Below are positions 39,545 to 49,820 of a stretch of DNA of 64,000 nt, piece by piece. A program made the position numbers and the translations under genes. The first letter of the stretch is position 1. The number at the start of each line of letters is the position of its first letter. This DNA comes from Candidatus Poriferihabitans sp. (lineage in GTDB: Bacteria; Pseudomonadota; Gammaproteobacteria; Arenicellales; Poriferihabitantaceae), in assembly GCA_965220975.1 (NCBI GenBank), contig OZ244855.1, positions 1,390,730-1,454,729 of the forward strand. The letters run 5' to 3'. Under the pieces are notes generated by a model. It saw nothing but the letters and a program-made list of their open reading frames with translations. It searched no databases and was not told the origin of the DNA.

Positions 39545-39976
39545 TCAAGTTTCCTCCACTTCAAGTCCCATACTCCGAGCACTGCCGGCGATGATTCGCA
39601 CAGCATGCTCGATGTCATAAGCATTTAGATCAGGCTGCTTGATGCGAGCAATTTCTTCCAACTGACCACGCGTGACACGTCCGACCTTGTCGCGATTCGG
39701 TACTCCGCTGCCAGAGGTGACCCCGGCCGCTTTCTTCAACAGAACCGTAGCCGGTGGCGTTTTCTGAATAAAGCTGAAGCTCTTATCGGCGTAAACCGTA
39801 ATTACAACCGGGATAGGCATCCCTTTTTCCATGTCTTGTGTCTGAGCATTGAATGCCTTGCAAAATTCCATAATGTTGATGCCCTGCTGACCAAGTGCTG
39901 GCCCAACAGGGGGGCTGGGCTTGGCATCCCCCGCAGGAATTTGCAACTTGACATATGCTTGTACTTTTTTTGCCAT
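39545..39976 (-). CDS. rplK: 50S ribosomal protein uL11
   Basis: [25 protein letters not shown]. Confidence 0.98.
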   Translation of the reverse strand: MAKKVQAYVKLQIPAGDAKPSPPVGPALGQQGINIMEFCKAFNAQTQDMEKGMPIPVVITVYADKSFSFIQKTPPATVLLKKAAGVTSGSGVPNRDKVGRVTRGQLEEIARIKQPDLNAYDIEHAVRIIAGSARSMGLEVEET

Positions 39977-40043
39977 TTTTTCCGTTCAATAATTGTTATG
40001 AGTTGTTAGCAAACGAAGCTTCGGGATGTTCCATTCGATTCGT

Positions 40044-40655
40044 CTAACCCTTCTCGACTTGAGTGAAATCCAACTCTACCGGAGTCGCACGTCCAAAGAT
40101 CGTGACCGAAACTTTCAGCTTTGCCTTGTCGAAATTGGTTTCCTCAACAATGCCGTTGAAATCCTGGAATGGCCCATCGGTAATACGCACGATCTCGCCC
40201 GGCGCAAAAGTAAAGCGCATCTTTGGCTTGTCCACGCTATCGGACATTTGCTGAATGATTTCATCTGCCTCCTGATCCGAAATCGGAACGGGTTTTCGAT
40301 CATCGCCTTTTTCATCGACTCCGCTGATAAATCCGGAGACCTTCGGTACACCCCTCACCAGATGCTGGGTTTCAGCAGTCATTTGCATGTGAATTAATAC
40401 ATATCCCGGGAAGAATTTCCGCTCGCTCGTTCTTCGCTGACCACTTTTCATTTCCACCACTTCTTCGGTTGGCACCAGTATTTTTCCAAAATACTGTTCC
40501 ATGCCCCTGCGCTTGATATGCACGTCAAGCAAACTTTGAACTCGTTTCTCAAACCCTGAGTGGACCTGCAAGACATACCATTGCATGGGATTTTGCTCCT
40601 CTTTTTCGATGGTCTTGTCGTGGAGTTCCGTATCAATACTTTCGTTCACCATCAT
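40044..40655 (-). CDS. nusG: Transcription elongation factor NusG
   Basis: [44 protein letters not shown]; ~22-aa acidic leader. Confidence 0.97.
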   Translation of the reverse strand: MMVNESIDTELHDKTIEKEEQNPMQWYVLQVHSGFEKRVQSLLDVHIKRRGMEQYFGKILVPTEEVVEMKSGQRRTSERKFFPGYVLIHMQMTAETQHLVRGVPKVSGFISGVDEKGDDRKPVPISDQEADEIIQQMSDSVDKPKMRFTFAPGEIVRITDGPFQDFNGIVEETNFDKAKLKVSVTIFGRATPVELDFTQVEKG

Positions 40656-40659
40656 CGAT

Positions 40660-41040
40660 TTAACTCCCCACTTTCAGAATCAGATCATAGATTGCCCAAA
40701 ACGAGAGGGCATCAAACAACCACATCATAAGGCCGAGTATGACGACTAAAATCAGCACCATGATCGTCACCTGAAGAGCTTCCTGGCGGCCGGGCCATAC
40801 GACTTTCTGGCGTTCGACATTGGCTTCCTTCATGAACGACCAGGCTGATTGCCCGACTTCAGTAGTCAAAGCCAATCCAACTGCAACAATTGAAGCGGCC
40901 ACTACAATCGCTACCCGTCCAATCTGGATGAAATCGGCCAAATAATAATAGGCGCCGATTGATGCAACAATAACCAGTACTGCTGCAGCAATTTTGACAT
41001 TATCAGTTGCTAACAATCCGGAATCCTCTATGTCGATCAT
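40660..41040 (-). CDS. secE: Preprotein translocase SecE (3-TM type)
   Basis: KVVWPGRQE motif; located between tRNA-Trp and nusG. Confidence 0.93.
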   Translation of the reverse strand: MIDIEDSGLLATDNVKIAAAVLVIVASIGAYYYLADFIQIGRVAIVVAASIVAVGLALTTEVGQSAWSFMKEANVERQKVVWPGRQEALQVTIMVLILVVILGLMMWLFDALSFWAIYDLILKVGS

Positions 41041-41049
41041 GCAGTCAAA

Positions 41050-41125
<76 letters not shown>

Positions 41126-41158
41126 ATTTGCCTTTGCTAACCAATCAAGTGGCGACTG

Positions 41159-42352
41159 CTACTGAAGGATTTTGGTAACGACGCCGGCTCCGACGGTTCG
41201 TCCGCCTTCGCGAATCGCGAACCGCAGACCCTCCTCCATGGCAATCGGAGCAATCAGCTCCGCCACCATGTGCACATTGTCGCCCGGCATCACCATCTCC
41301 ACACCCTCCGGCAAATCGCAGGCACCCGTCACATCCGTCGTGCGAAAATAGAACTGCGGACGATATCCCTGAAAAAAGGGCGTGTGACGACCACCCTCCT
41401 CCTTCGACAGAATATAGACCTCCGACTCAAACCGGGTGTGCGGAGTGATCGACTTCGGCTTCGCCAGCACCTGACCACGCTCCACCTCATCACGCTTGGT
41501 ACCACGCAACAACACACCAACATTGTCTCCAGCCTGACCCTCGTCCAGCAACTTGCGAAACATCTCGACACCCGTGCAAGTCGTCAAACCCGTATCACGA
41601 ATGCCCACAATCTCTATCTCCTGACCAACCCGGATCACACCCCGCTCAATCCGACCCGTCACCACCGTACCCCGACCCGAAATCGTGAACACATCCTCCA
41701 CCGGCATCAGAAAATCACCGTCCACCGACCTCTCCGGCTCCGGTATGTGACTGTCCAGCGCCTCCGCCAGACGCTGAATCGATCCCTCGCCCAAATCCGA
41801 ATCCTCCCCCTCCAGAGCCTTCAACGCACTGCCCACCACAATCGGCGTGTCGTCACCCGGAAATTCATACGTGTCCAGCAACTCCCGTATCTCCATCTCC
41901 ACCAGCTCCAGCAACTCCTCATCGTCAACCATGTCCGCCTTGTTCAAGTACACCACCATGTGCGGCACGCCTACCTGACGAGCCAGCAAAATGTGCTCGC
42001 GCGTCTGCGGCATCGGACCATCCGCCGCCGAACAAACCAGAATCGCACCATCCATCTGCGCCGCACCCGTGATCATGTTCTTCACATAGTCCGCATGACC
42101 CGGACAGTCCACATGCGCATAATGACGCAACTCCGTCTCGTACTCCACATGCGCCGTCGCAATCGTGATCCCTCGCTCACGCTCCTCCGGAGCATTGTCT
42201 ATCTCGTCAAACGCCTTCGCCTCCGTACCACCGTAACGCGCCGACAACACCCGCGTCATCGCCGCCGTCAAAGTCGTCTTGCCATGATCCACATGACCTA
42301 TCGTGCCTACATTCACATGCGGCTTCGTACGCTCAAATTTTTCTTTCGCCAT
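41159..42352 (-). CDS. tuf: Elongation factor Tu (tRNA-linked copy)
   Basis: Protein identical to 23250-24443; one synonymous nucleotide difference seen, plus a different stop codon. Confidence 0.99.
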   Translation of the reverse strand: MAKEKFERTKPHVNVGTIGHVDHGKTTLTAAMTRVLSARYGGTEAKAFDEIDNAPEERERGITIATAHVEYETELRHYAHVDCPGHADYVKNMITGAAQMDGAILVCSAADGPMPQTREHILLARQVGVPHMVVYLNKADMVDDEELLELVEMEIRELLDTYEFPGDDTPIVVGSALKALEGEDSDLGEGSIQRLAEALDSHIPEPERSVDGDFLMPVEDVFTISGRGTVVTGRIERGVIRVGQEIEIVGIRDTGLTTCTGVEMFRKLLDEGQAGDNVGVLLRGTKRDEVERGQVLAKPKSITPHTRFESEVYILSKEEGGRHTPFFQGYRPQFYFRTTDVTGACDLPEGVEMVMPGDNVHMVAELIAPIAMEEGLRFAIREGGRTVGAGVVTKILQ

Positions 42353-42466
42353 GTTATTGATTTCTAGTTAAACTTTAACCTGATAAATATTTAGTCGGTT
42401 GACTGCCTGAATCGAGAAGAAATCTTCAAAACCTTGTCATATGCTGAACACAGTGTTCAAATCAAA

Positions 42467-42543
<77 letters not shown>

Positions 42544-42572
42544 AATTTGCCTGCCGTTACAAGTTCAGTTCA

Positions 42573-42646
42573 TGGAGCGGGTGATGGGAATCGAACCCAT
42601 ATCATCAGCTTGGAAGGCTGAGGTTCTGCCTTTGAACTACACCCGC
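42573..42646 (-). tRNA. tRNA-Gly(UCC)
   Basis: 74 nt; TCAGC-CTTCCAA-GCTGA anticodon arm. Confidence 0.97.
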
Positions 42647-42738
42647 AATAAAGACCTATACTTTTCTCCCGTTAATACCCCAAACAGAACAATCGGTATC
42701 CCAATTTGCCACAAATCCAATGCACCCGATTCCACTCA

Positions 42739-42823
42739 TGGTGGAGGGAGGAGGATTCGAACCTCCGAAGGCTGAGCCAACAGATTTACAGTCTGCCCCC
42801 TTTGACCGCTCGGGAATCCCTCC
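42739..42823 (-). tRNA. tRNA-Tyr(GUA)
   Basis: 85 nt with long variable arm; GCAGA-CTGTAAA-TCTGT anticodon arm. Confidence 0.97.
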
Positions 42824-42986
42824 GATCAGATACAGATAAACGTTCAATTTTGACTTATCTTGAGAATTTTGTCAATGGTTAAAAAAATATTTTTTGCATG
42901 AAGCAAAGAACCTTGATCCGACTTGGATTCAGTATTAGCTCAACTCCGCCCTGTTTTCCTCTGGATCCGGTCCTGATGCAAAGATC

Positions 42987-43327
42987 TGGAGCCCGCAGAG
43001 GGATTCGAACCCCCGACCTGCTGATTCTTGCCCGCTATCGTTTTCACGACCCAGATAGATTCTCTGGTTTGGGGTCTGGACTTTCTCTTCACCATACCTC
43101 AAGACAAATGCATCTTGTGATGGCTTAGGTGGGCGGTGTAAAGTCTCTACACTCAATATCGAAACATCGATACTTAGCACGGGATTGCCATTCGTCTTGG
43201 CGCGGATCAATTTCATCAAGAAGAGTCAGGTTTCCCCGTTTTAGCCGCCTCCACTTGACCAGTTTCCTTGATCAAGGTGCAATTTTGATTTACAAATCAG
43301 CTGCTCTGCCAACTGAGCTATGCGGGC
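42987..43327 (-). tRNA. tRNA-Thr(UGU), intron-split (exon 1 43327-43292, exon 2 43026-42987)
   Basis: Joined exons give a 76-nt cloverleaf with GCUGA-UUUGUAA-UCAGC anticodon arm; canonical thrU position ahead of Tyr-Gly-Thr-tuf. Confidence 0.95.
43027..43291 (-). ncRNA. Group I intron (IC3-like), 265 nt, no ORF
   Basis: 5' exon ends in U and the intron ends in G. P1 UGU/GCA, P2 with GAAA loop, P3 GGCGG/CCGCC, P4 ACGGG/CCCGU, P7 GACU/AGUC, P9 UCGU-GAAA-ACGA. Core strings GUGUAGAGACU, CCCACCUAAG and UAUGGUGAAG are as I recall from the Azoarcus intron. Confidence 0.92.
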
Positions 43328-43666
43328 CATACCGGTTTAAGATGTGATTGCTCGGTACAATCACAAACTTGTTGTCATTTTATCCTGACAGCTACTGATT
43401 TTCAAACATTATTCATGTCTTTTTTAGGGAATTATATAGTTATTTAGTGCCTGCCAGAAAACCCCTGTTGTTCGCCGACGGCAGGAAAATTTTACTCGGA
43501 AACGGTCTCAGGATGGGACCATTTCGTCTATAAATTCATGAATTGTGCGGCGCACAATATGAATATTGTGCCAAACAGACGGGTTTTTTTCAAGCATAAA
43601 AACCTCCCAGACATAGCTCTCCAGTCCCAGCAAACCGGGAGGCCAAACGGATTTCAATTGGAGCCG

Positions 43667-44968
43667 CTAAGCGGCGAGGCGCAGGCGCTTCTTTTGCTTC
43701 CGGCGAAGCAGTAGACCCATCCGATGAATATTCAGAGTGAGTACCGACAAGGCTACGGTGCGGGCAAAACCATCCGCACCATGAGTACGAACCCGATCCA
43801 AACCCCGGTGCTCCAGATTGTCAATGGCCGATTCAACCGCCGGGTGATGGCGACGCTGAGCCACAAATACCTCTTCGCTCTCCCGTTGCCGGTCAGCCTG
43901 ACCAAGACCCCCTTTCTTCGGCAATCCATTGTAATCGAGCAACTCGTCAAGACGACGGTTGGTGACACTGTGAAAACCCCGATCAAAACTCACCCCACGC
44001 AGTTGTGGATAGGCCCGCTGGGTCGCTTCGACCATCGGCACCGCATAGTCTGCATCCGTACCTTGCCACATCACCTCATGATGCAGGATAAAACCATGCT
44101 GGTCCTCCAGAATACACACCGGAACACCGAACTCGACCGGCGTTCCAGACTTGCCCTTCGAAATCCAGCGAGTGTGAGGCTGGCAGATCGAAAACACCTT
44201 CTCTGACTGCGGGATCTTCTCGCCCTTGAGTAAACGACGGTCAACCAAATCCACATGTAGCCGAGCATAGTACAAATAATAATCGATCACTGCAACACAG
44301 GGTGGACGATCGAATTCCTCAACCAGAATGCGGAGCGTTGACTCCGCACGCTCGATGAATTCCTGACACCGGTTCAAATAGGTTTCAATCGGATCCGGTT
44401 TCGCCTGCGAGGTCTTGCGTACTCGATTGAACAGTTGCTTGACCGACCGGGTCAGGTGAGCTGACTGGTGCCAGCCTTTCAAATCATGGGCCTTGACCGC
44501 CTTCGCGGTCTCGCGAATCAGACCACGAATCGCATCCCGCAGTAGACTGACGTCGGTTGCGTAATGCACATCGGTTTCCACCACAAAGGAATCACAGCGC
44601 CCGAGCAAGGGCACGCCAGACTTTTTTCCAGCCACCTTGTGACCACTGTCTACCACCAGTGGATTGACCTCTGCCAACAGCTCCGGAGTCAGTAGCTCGA
44701 CATTATCGATGATCGTCTGAAGTGCATACTGGTCATGCTTCGAGAGACTGGAATGTCCCAAAAACAGGCGCACTGTCCGGTGTTCATTGATTAACTCAAT
44801 GTAGCCGATCATGGTCGCAACCAAGACCCTGCTTGAGCACTCCCATTACCAGAATCCGCCATGACTCCATGCCCGGACGACCGTTGTTTCGGTCCTTGCC
44901 GGGCAATATGTGCTGGTCCAGCAGGGCAAACAAGGCCTGGCGTGTATTCGGGTCCCGATACAGATGTT
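43667..44968 (-). pseudogene. ISNCY-type DDE transposase, frameshifted and 5'-truncated
   Basis: GRPGMESWRILVMG, CDSFVVETDVHY, SKGKSGTPVEFG, FDRGFHS, VESAIDNLEHRGL. An extra T near 44797 (LH-tga instead of LHEL) shifts the frame; the N-terminus is cut at ~44969 by the duplicated segment. Confidence 0.8.
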
Positions 44969-46034
44969 TAAAAGGCATGACCAAATCAGTAGCAGGTACT
45001 GGGTCAGTCTGAAAGCAGGCAGGTGGGCACGCCCCCGGCCCAACTCCAGAAGCCTCTGCAGGTCGGGTTCTGCGTCAGCGTCTGGCAGCCCTTGCCGCCA
45101 CCGGCCAGGATGCGGATCGCCGGGTTGTAGACCTTGTACTTGTCGAATTCGCGACTGTCGGCGGTTTTATTCAGCGTGAGGTACATCTCACCCCCGCCTC
45201 CGTAGCCGATGTTCTGGCCGGTGCGCTGCCGAACCTCAATCGTGTGCTGGCCTATCAATCCTGTACCCAACGACGCTCTTCCGTTGCTATAGAAGTTCGT
45301 CCATCCCGTTATTGCCCCTCTCCTGTTCCGAAACTCGAAGAATCTGTGGTCGCCCGTGGCCTGCATGTAAAGGGCGCTGAACCCGGTCCACGCATTGCCG
45401 TCATCCTGCTTGGGCGGTATCCGCAGCCGCAGGGTCGCCACCCGCCCCTGATCGCCGCAGCCGGTCAGCACGTTGCGGCCGGGATTGTCCAGCACGATGA
45501 CCGGCTTGTAGTTGTTGTGGGCGCGAACGACCTCGGCTGTGGCCAGGGTGGGCAGTAGTGTCAAGGCCACCAGCACGGTGGCAAGGACCGTCAGGCGGTC
45601 AAGGGGGGGGGGCAATGTCATTAACTTAAGCATTGTTTATCTCCAAATAGTTATCGATTGTAGTAATTATTAAAAGATTGAGATCATTATTATACGAAAA
45701 TGCTCTCGTTTTTCGTAATATTTAGATATTTGGGCATTTTTAACCGCCAAAGCCATACTCAAGGAAACAACAATTCCTAAAGTTAGTGACATTAGGGGGG
45801 CTCACGTGTCGCATGGTAAGGTCACCCGTGTGAATGTCCTGCAGTCTAGAAGCTTGAGCGACTCGAAGGCAAATTCTATTTTCAAACTCAGACACTGCCA
45901 TTTATTTCGTGTCGTGTTCATGTCATAACTGCTATTAAAGAATGCTCAGATAAATGGCATACAGGTATAGCATGCCAACCTGAACATTCAGTTGATTTAG
46001 AGGTGTTTTATTATAGTTCAGCACACCAGTCAAG
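44969..46034. repeat. Segmental duplication, copy 1 (partner 49821-50984)
   Basis: ~45500-46034 is identical to ~50449-50984 except for one G in the G tract; left ends share TAAAAGGCATGACCAAATCAGTAGCAGGTACTGG; the middle is diverged. Confidence 0.95.
45004..45633 (-). CDS. Secreted 4-Cys protein of unknown function, paralogue A (C10 tract, in frame)
   Basis: GGAG RBS 7 nt before ATG; signal peptide ending ATA/EVV; motifs TGCG.QGRVATLRLRIPP and GGKGCQTL.QNPTCRGFW.W.GG.PTC. Confidence 0.8.
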   Translation of the reverse strand: MLKLMTLPPPLDRLTVLATVLVALTLLPTLATAEVVRAHNNYKPVIVLDNPGRNVLTGCGDQGRVATLRLRIPPKQDDGNAWTGFSALYMQATGDHRFFEFRNRRGAITGWTNFYSNGRASLGTGLIGQHTIEVRQRTGQNIGYGGGGEMYLTLNKTADSREFDKYKVYNPAIRILAGGGKGCQTLTQNPTCRGFWSWAGGVPTCLLSD

Positions 46035-46040
46035 CTTAAA

Positions 46041-46279
46041 GAGTTATGGCTGAAAGTAGTGCGCGGGGCTGCCTGAGCCGCGACACCATGCTCGCCATGA
46101 TGTTCAAGCTCGGCCAGTGCGCGGAATCCCGCTGGCGAAGGCTGCGCGGGTTCCGCAGGCTGGGACAGGTCATCGAGGGAGTGCCATTCAAGGACGGAAT
46201 CTAGGTACAATCAGACACGAACACGGTAGCCGCTGGATGAACCCCTTTCCGCCCCGCGCACTACTTTCAACCATAACTC
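46041..46279 (+). mobile_element. 239-bp internally deleted IS256-family element (MITE)
   Basis: 28-bp TIRs (GAGTTATGGCTGAAAGTAGTGCGCGGGG, 1 mismatch); flanks AAGCTTAAA / TAGCTTAAA; 46061-46204 translates to ARGCLSRDTMLAMMFKLGQCAESRWRRLRGF..VIEGVPFKDG*, an IS256-like C-terminus. Confidence 0.85.
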
Positions 46280-46550
46280 TAGCTTAAACCTCAAGCATTT
46301 GAGTTGTACGCATTTTCATCACCAGTACTGAAAAACCGTGACAGTCCCGTTTTTCAGGAGTCTTATCGGCATTGAGATAAAACTCCCGAATAGAAACTTC
46401 ATTCATTGTCATTGAGCGGGTTAGTCTGGACCTGCTTTAAAATCATCGACGGGAATAATCAAATATTCCGTTTCTAATAATCTGGATATGAAACCATCCA
46501 AAGATGCTGACTCATTCTGAAAAGGAAACGAGTGGATAACTCTGAAGAGA

Positions 46551-47855
46551 TCAGTTAAGCGATGAAGATTCGTTGCGAATAGCGGTATCGGCTAGTTGGG
46601 TTGAGTTCTCTACCATCCTGCCCAGATCGAGTATATAGGTACGAAAAGAGGGGATCGGGCACATAAATCGATTCGCTGATATTTTGTGCAAAGCTCCCTG
46701 ATGCACCAAATGAACGAAGAAGGAGTCCACATCCATCCCGGGTGGAAAGCAATAGGTTTCGGGATCAGTCTTATGTAATTCTTTCATCAAATATTTAATT
46801 TGGGAACGACTCTGATTGCAATCCAGTTCTGTCATTACTTTCGTAGTCAGATTGATGGCATCTTCCATCTGATCTGAATATTGATGGTCGTAATACAGAT
46901 CTCTTTTGGTTTTGATTTCGTCGCTTATTTTTTTCCATTCCAGCTTGCCGAGATCGCCTCCGGCTCTTAGAGCTTCTCTACCAAATGCCCGGAGCACAAT
47001 ATGCAGGTGGCGGGGCCAACCATCACAAGGCTCAATCAGTCGATTAACCTCATGCTCAAATCCGACTAGATCAATCCCAAAATGCGCACAGGATTTTGCC
47101 ATGAACTCCTGAGCCTCCGAATCTGGAAAACAACCAATATTGTGTTTCTGCTCAGGAGGTATACGGGTCAAGTCCATCTGATTGGCTGAGTATTCGGTAT
47201 CGCTGAGACCAGCCAACACCAATGCAATCGGCAATCCGCAACCATCGTGTAAACCTTGCAACAGCTTGGAGAGGGGATCGTCCGAATCACGTTTAATCCG
47301 CTGTGCCTCATCAATAGCCAGCACAATCGGCCGGTCAAATCCACCGTGCTGTTTGACCCAGGTCCTAAAAGTATACCAATTTGCGTCCGGCTCCGTACCT
47401 TCAATACCGGTTTCCTTTTTGTGACCGAATCGGAACGGTCCAAATCCAAATCCAGACTTGCTTCCAGTGTTTTTGCTTATCCTTGCCATAAATTCTTGGG
47501 CTTTTGAAGGGTTGATCTTCTCGGCTAGTGGCTTGAGAATATTGACTGGCCCCTTGATTCCGTTGGAATTCAGTGCCACCACCATCGGTGCTTTGCCAAC
47601 ACTCTGCGTATACAACGTCTTAGGATTCTCCTTAATCTCATTCACGATTGAACTCTTGCCCGCCCCGGGTGCACCCTGGATAATACGGGTTGTTTTCGCT
47701 CCCCCATACTGTTCGCTTCCGGTACCTTTCCATACCCGTTTTGTTGCCCGGGCAATGTCGCCTAGGACTTCAGCCCGTCCAACAAACACAGGCGGGGGAT
47801 CACCTTCGTTTAACCCGAGAAAAGACTTCAGTTCTCGTTTTTGATCTTCATTCAT
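46551..47855 (-). CDS. Stand-alone AAA/STAND-like P-loop ATPase
   Basis: PPVFVGR.EVL leader, Walker A QGAPGAGKSS, Walker B LAIDEAQR, helical or possibly winged-helix C-terminus. Confidence 0.8.
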   Translation of the reverse strand: MNEDQKRELKSFLGLNEGDPPPVFVGRAEVLGDIARATKRVWKGTGSEQYGGAKTTRIIQGAPGAGKSSIVNEIKENPKTLYTQSVGKAPMVVALNSNGIKGPVNILKPLAEKINPSKAQEFMARISKNTGSKSGFGFGPFRFGHKKETGIEGTEPDANWYTFRTWVKQHGGFDRPIVLAIDEAQRIKRDSDDPLSKLLQGLHDGCGLPIALVLAGLSDTEYSANQMDLTRIPPEQKHNIGCFPDSEAQEFMAKSCAHFGIDLVGFEHEVNRLIEPCDGWPRHLHIVLRAFGREALRAGGDLGKLEWKKISDEIKTKRDLYYDHQYSDQMEDAINLTTKVMTELDCNQSRSQIKYLMKELHKTDPETYCFPPGMDVDSFFVHLVHQGALHKISANRFMCPIPSFRTYILDLGRMVENSTQLADTAIRNESSSLN

Positions 47856-48738
47856 CGATACTACTCACCGGCTTTTATGCTTTCTCGAAATCATACCTGC
47901 AGGTACAAACCACCAATCGAAGCACATCACCAAAGTCAATGCAAGTGCTGAAGCACTGAACCGTTGGTTAAAACCTCTGTCATATTGTTGTACCAGCATT
48001 GGGTGATTGACTAGTCGATTGTACAACACCTGATAATACTTACCTACACCAGAAACCTGAAAATAGTCGTTTCGATCTCATATGATCGGTTAATTTATTC
48101 CCGTTGTCACAGGTATTACCAGTTTGAATCTATGATCGTATGAATAGCAGCTGAGCGAATCGTCTATCAACTATCCCACTACAGTAAATGGAATGGCTTG
48201 TTCTGTCCAGATCAGCTGAAATTAACACCGCATATTGAATTTTATTTTTGGACGGGTTTGTTCTCAATATAGTTCGTTTCAATAAATCGATAACGTATTC
48301 ACTAGCAATCGATGAATATTGAATCATGTTATCTGTGATTTCTTACTGATTTGATCAAAAAAATGGGAATGAGTGACTTATTAAGTGAATCGTTTCGCGA
48401 TTCGATTTGATTTTTCTGGGTTTCAGTGTTTGCATGTTATTGAGCATACGGACCGGATTGACCACTGTGTTCAGAATATTCTTTTACGGTTTATTTCTCG
48501 ATATTTGAAGTAATAGATACATATGGAGGAACGAAAGAACATCAGTGCAATGGGATAGTGTCCCTATTGCACAGGTGCAGAGTCTAATGACCCTGCATTT
48601 GTAATGGTAACCTCTGATTTAGAGATTACGGATTTGGAATGAAAAATATGAATTAAAAGGGAATTGTACCGAAGGTTTGCAAATCAAGTTTGACAGTAGT
48701 AAAGTTGTGTTTGAGTTATTCTTACGTTCTGTTATCAT

Positions 48739-48807
48739 GCGTGATATGGGATTCGTACTCCCATATCCAAATCAACACTTAACAGAGATAAGGTTGAACC
48801 GCATGAG
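48739..48807 (+). mobile_element. IS200/IS605-family left end with subterminal hairpin
   Basis: GATATGGGA-ttcgtac-TCCCATATC hairpin directly upstream of the tnpB ATG; homologous copy at 56286-56354. Confidence 0.7.
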
Positions 48808-49541
48808 CGATAATATCACATATCGAAACATCACTTACCGCTTGATTTCGGGTTCGGAGTCGAAAGCTCGCAAGCTTGCAGGTCAGACTGGGGCTTGCCG
48901 TTTTATCTGGAATTACTTCTTGGGCGAAAACCGAGATCAAATGAATCAGCATCGAGTATTTCCTGATCATCACCCTAAGCCGCCAACTTCTTTTTTTCGT
49001 TGGGTGTTCAATTTACAAAATTGCGTCTGGAGATCGATAGGCGGAATGACTATTTCTGTTTGATTACTCGATCTGTTTTGAAAGATCAAGCGGACGCGTG
49101 GAAGGCTGGTTTTCAGTCGGGTAAAGGATTTCCAAAGTTCAAGTCCAAACATGGATCTAATCCTTCGTTTGCGATTCCTGAAAAGATCAAGATACAGGAT
49201 GGCAAACTGCACATCCAAAAGATCGGTTGGTTGCGAATCCAAAGAAAAGGTGGCAATCCATATCCTGAGAGTAAGCCGGTCAAGACAACCGTAACCCTGC
49301 AAGCGGGCAAATGGTATGCCGTTGTTTGTTATCCGGTTGAGATACCTGAAAAGATGGATGACGGAGTAACCGCAGGGGTTGATCGAAATGTTAGACAAGT
49401 TGCAGTGGTGGATAGCAACGGCAATGAGCATATACACTACTTGCCCGATCTGGCGAAAAAAGAAGCCAGATTAAAACGATACCAGCGCAGGATGCAAAGG
49501 CAGGTTAAAGGTTCAAACCGCAGATACAAGACGAAACGAAA

Positions 49542-49702
49542 GGGGCTTATATACATTACTTGACACAGGCCAATCTTTCCCACAATCGGGGGCGATATGG
49601 TCAATCAACTGTCTATCGGATCCCACCTTCTGAGACTTTCGTGCTGGTTGAAGCTGTTTAGCCACACGATTTCATCCTTGTCAAGTAATGTATATAAGCT
49701 CC
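49542..49702. mobile_element. 161-bp MITE, IS1595-family-like ends
   Basis: TIR GG(G/A)GCTTATATACATTACTTGACA with a 21-bp perfect core; exact 8-bp TSD AAACGAAA (49534-41 and 49703-10); excision restores the tnpB frame (KTKRK|VQKAHRNI). Confidence 0.9.
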
Positions 49703-49820
49703 AAACGAAAAGTGCAAAAGGCGCATCGAAATATATCCAACATTCGTAGCAACTGGCAACATCAAACCAGCCGTAAGATTGCCGATCAAGCCAGTTTGGT
49801 AGTGCTAGAAGACTTGAACA

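Noticed and set aside
42847-42875. Internal promoter upstream of tRNA-Tyr
   Set aside because: TTGACA is perfect but the -10 (CAAAAT) is weak; too uncertain to call.
45838-45856. PstI-XbaI-HindIII cluster resembling a cloning polylinker
   Set aside because: Order does not match common vectors, no other vector sequence is present, and it lies in a natural duplicated promoter region; probably chance.
49676-49702. TAATGTATATAA resembling a dif/Xer site
   Set aside because: XerD arm does not match, and the sequence is fully explained as a MITE TIR.
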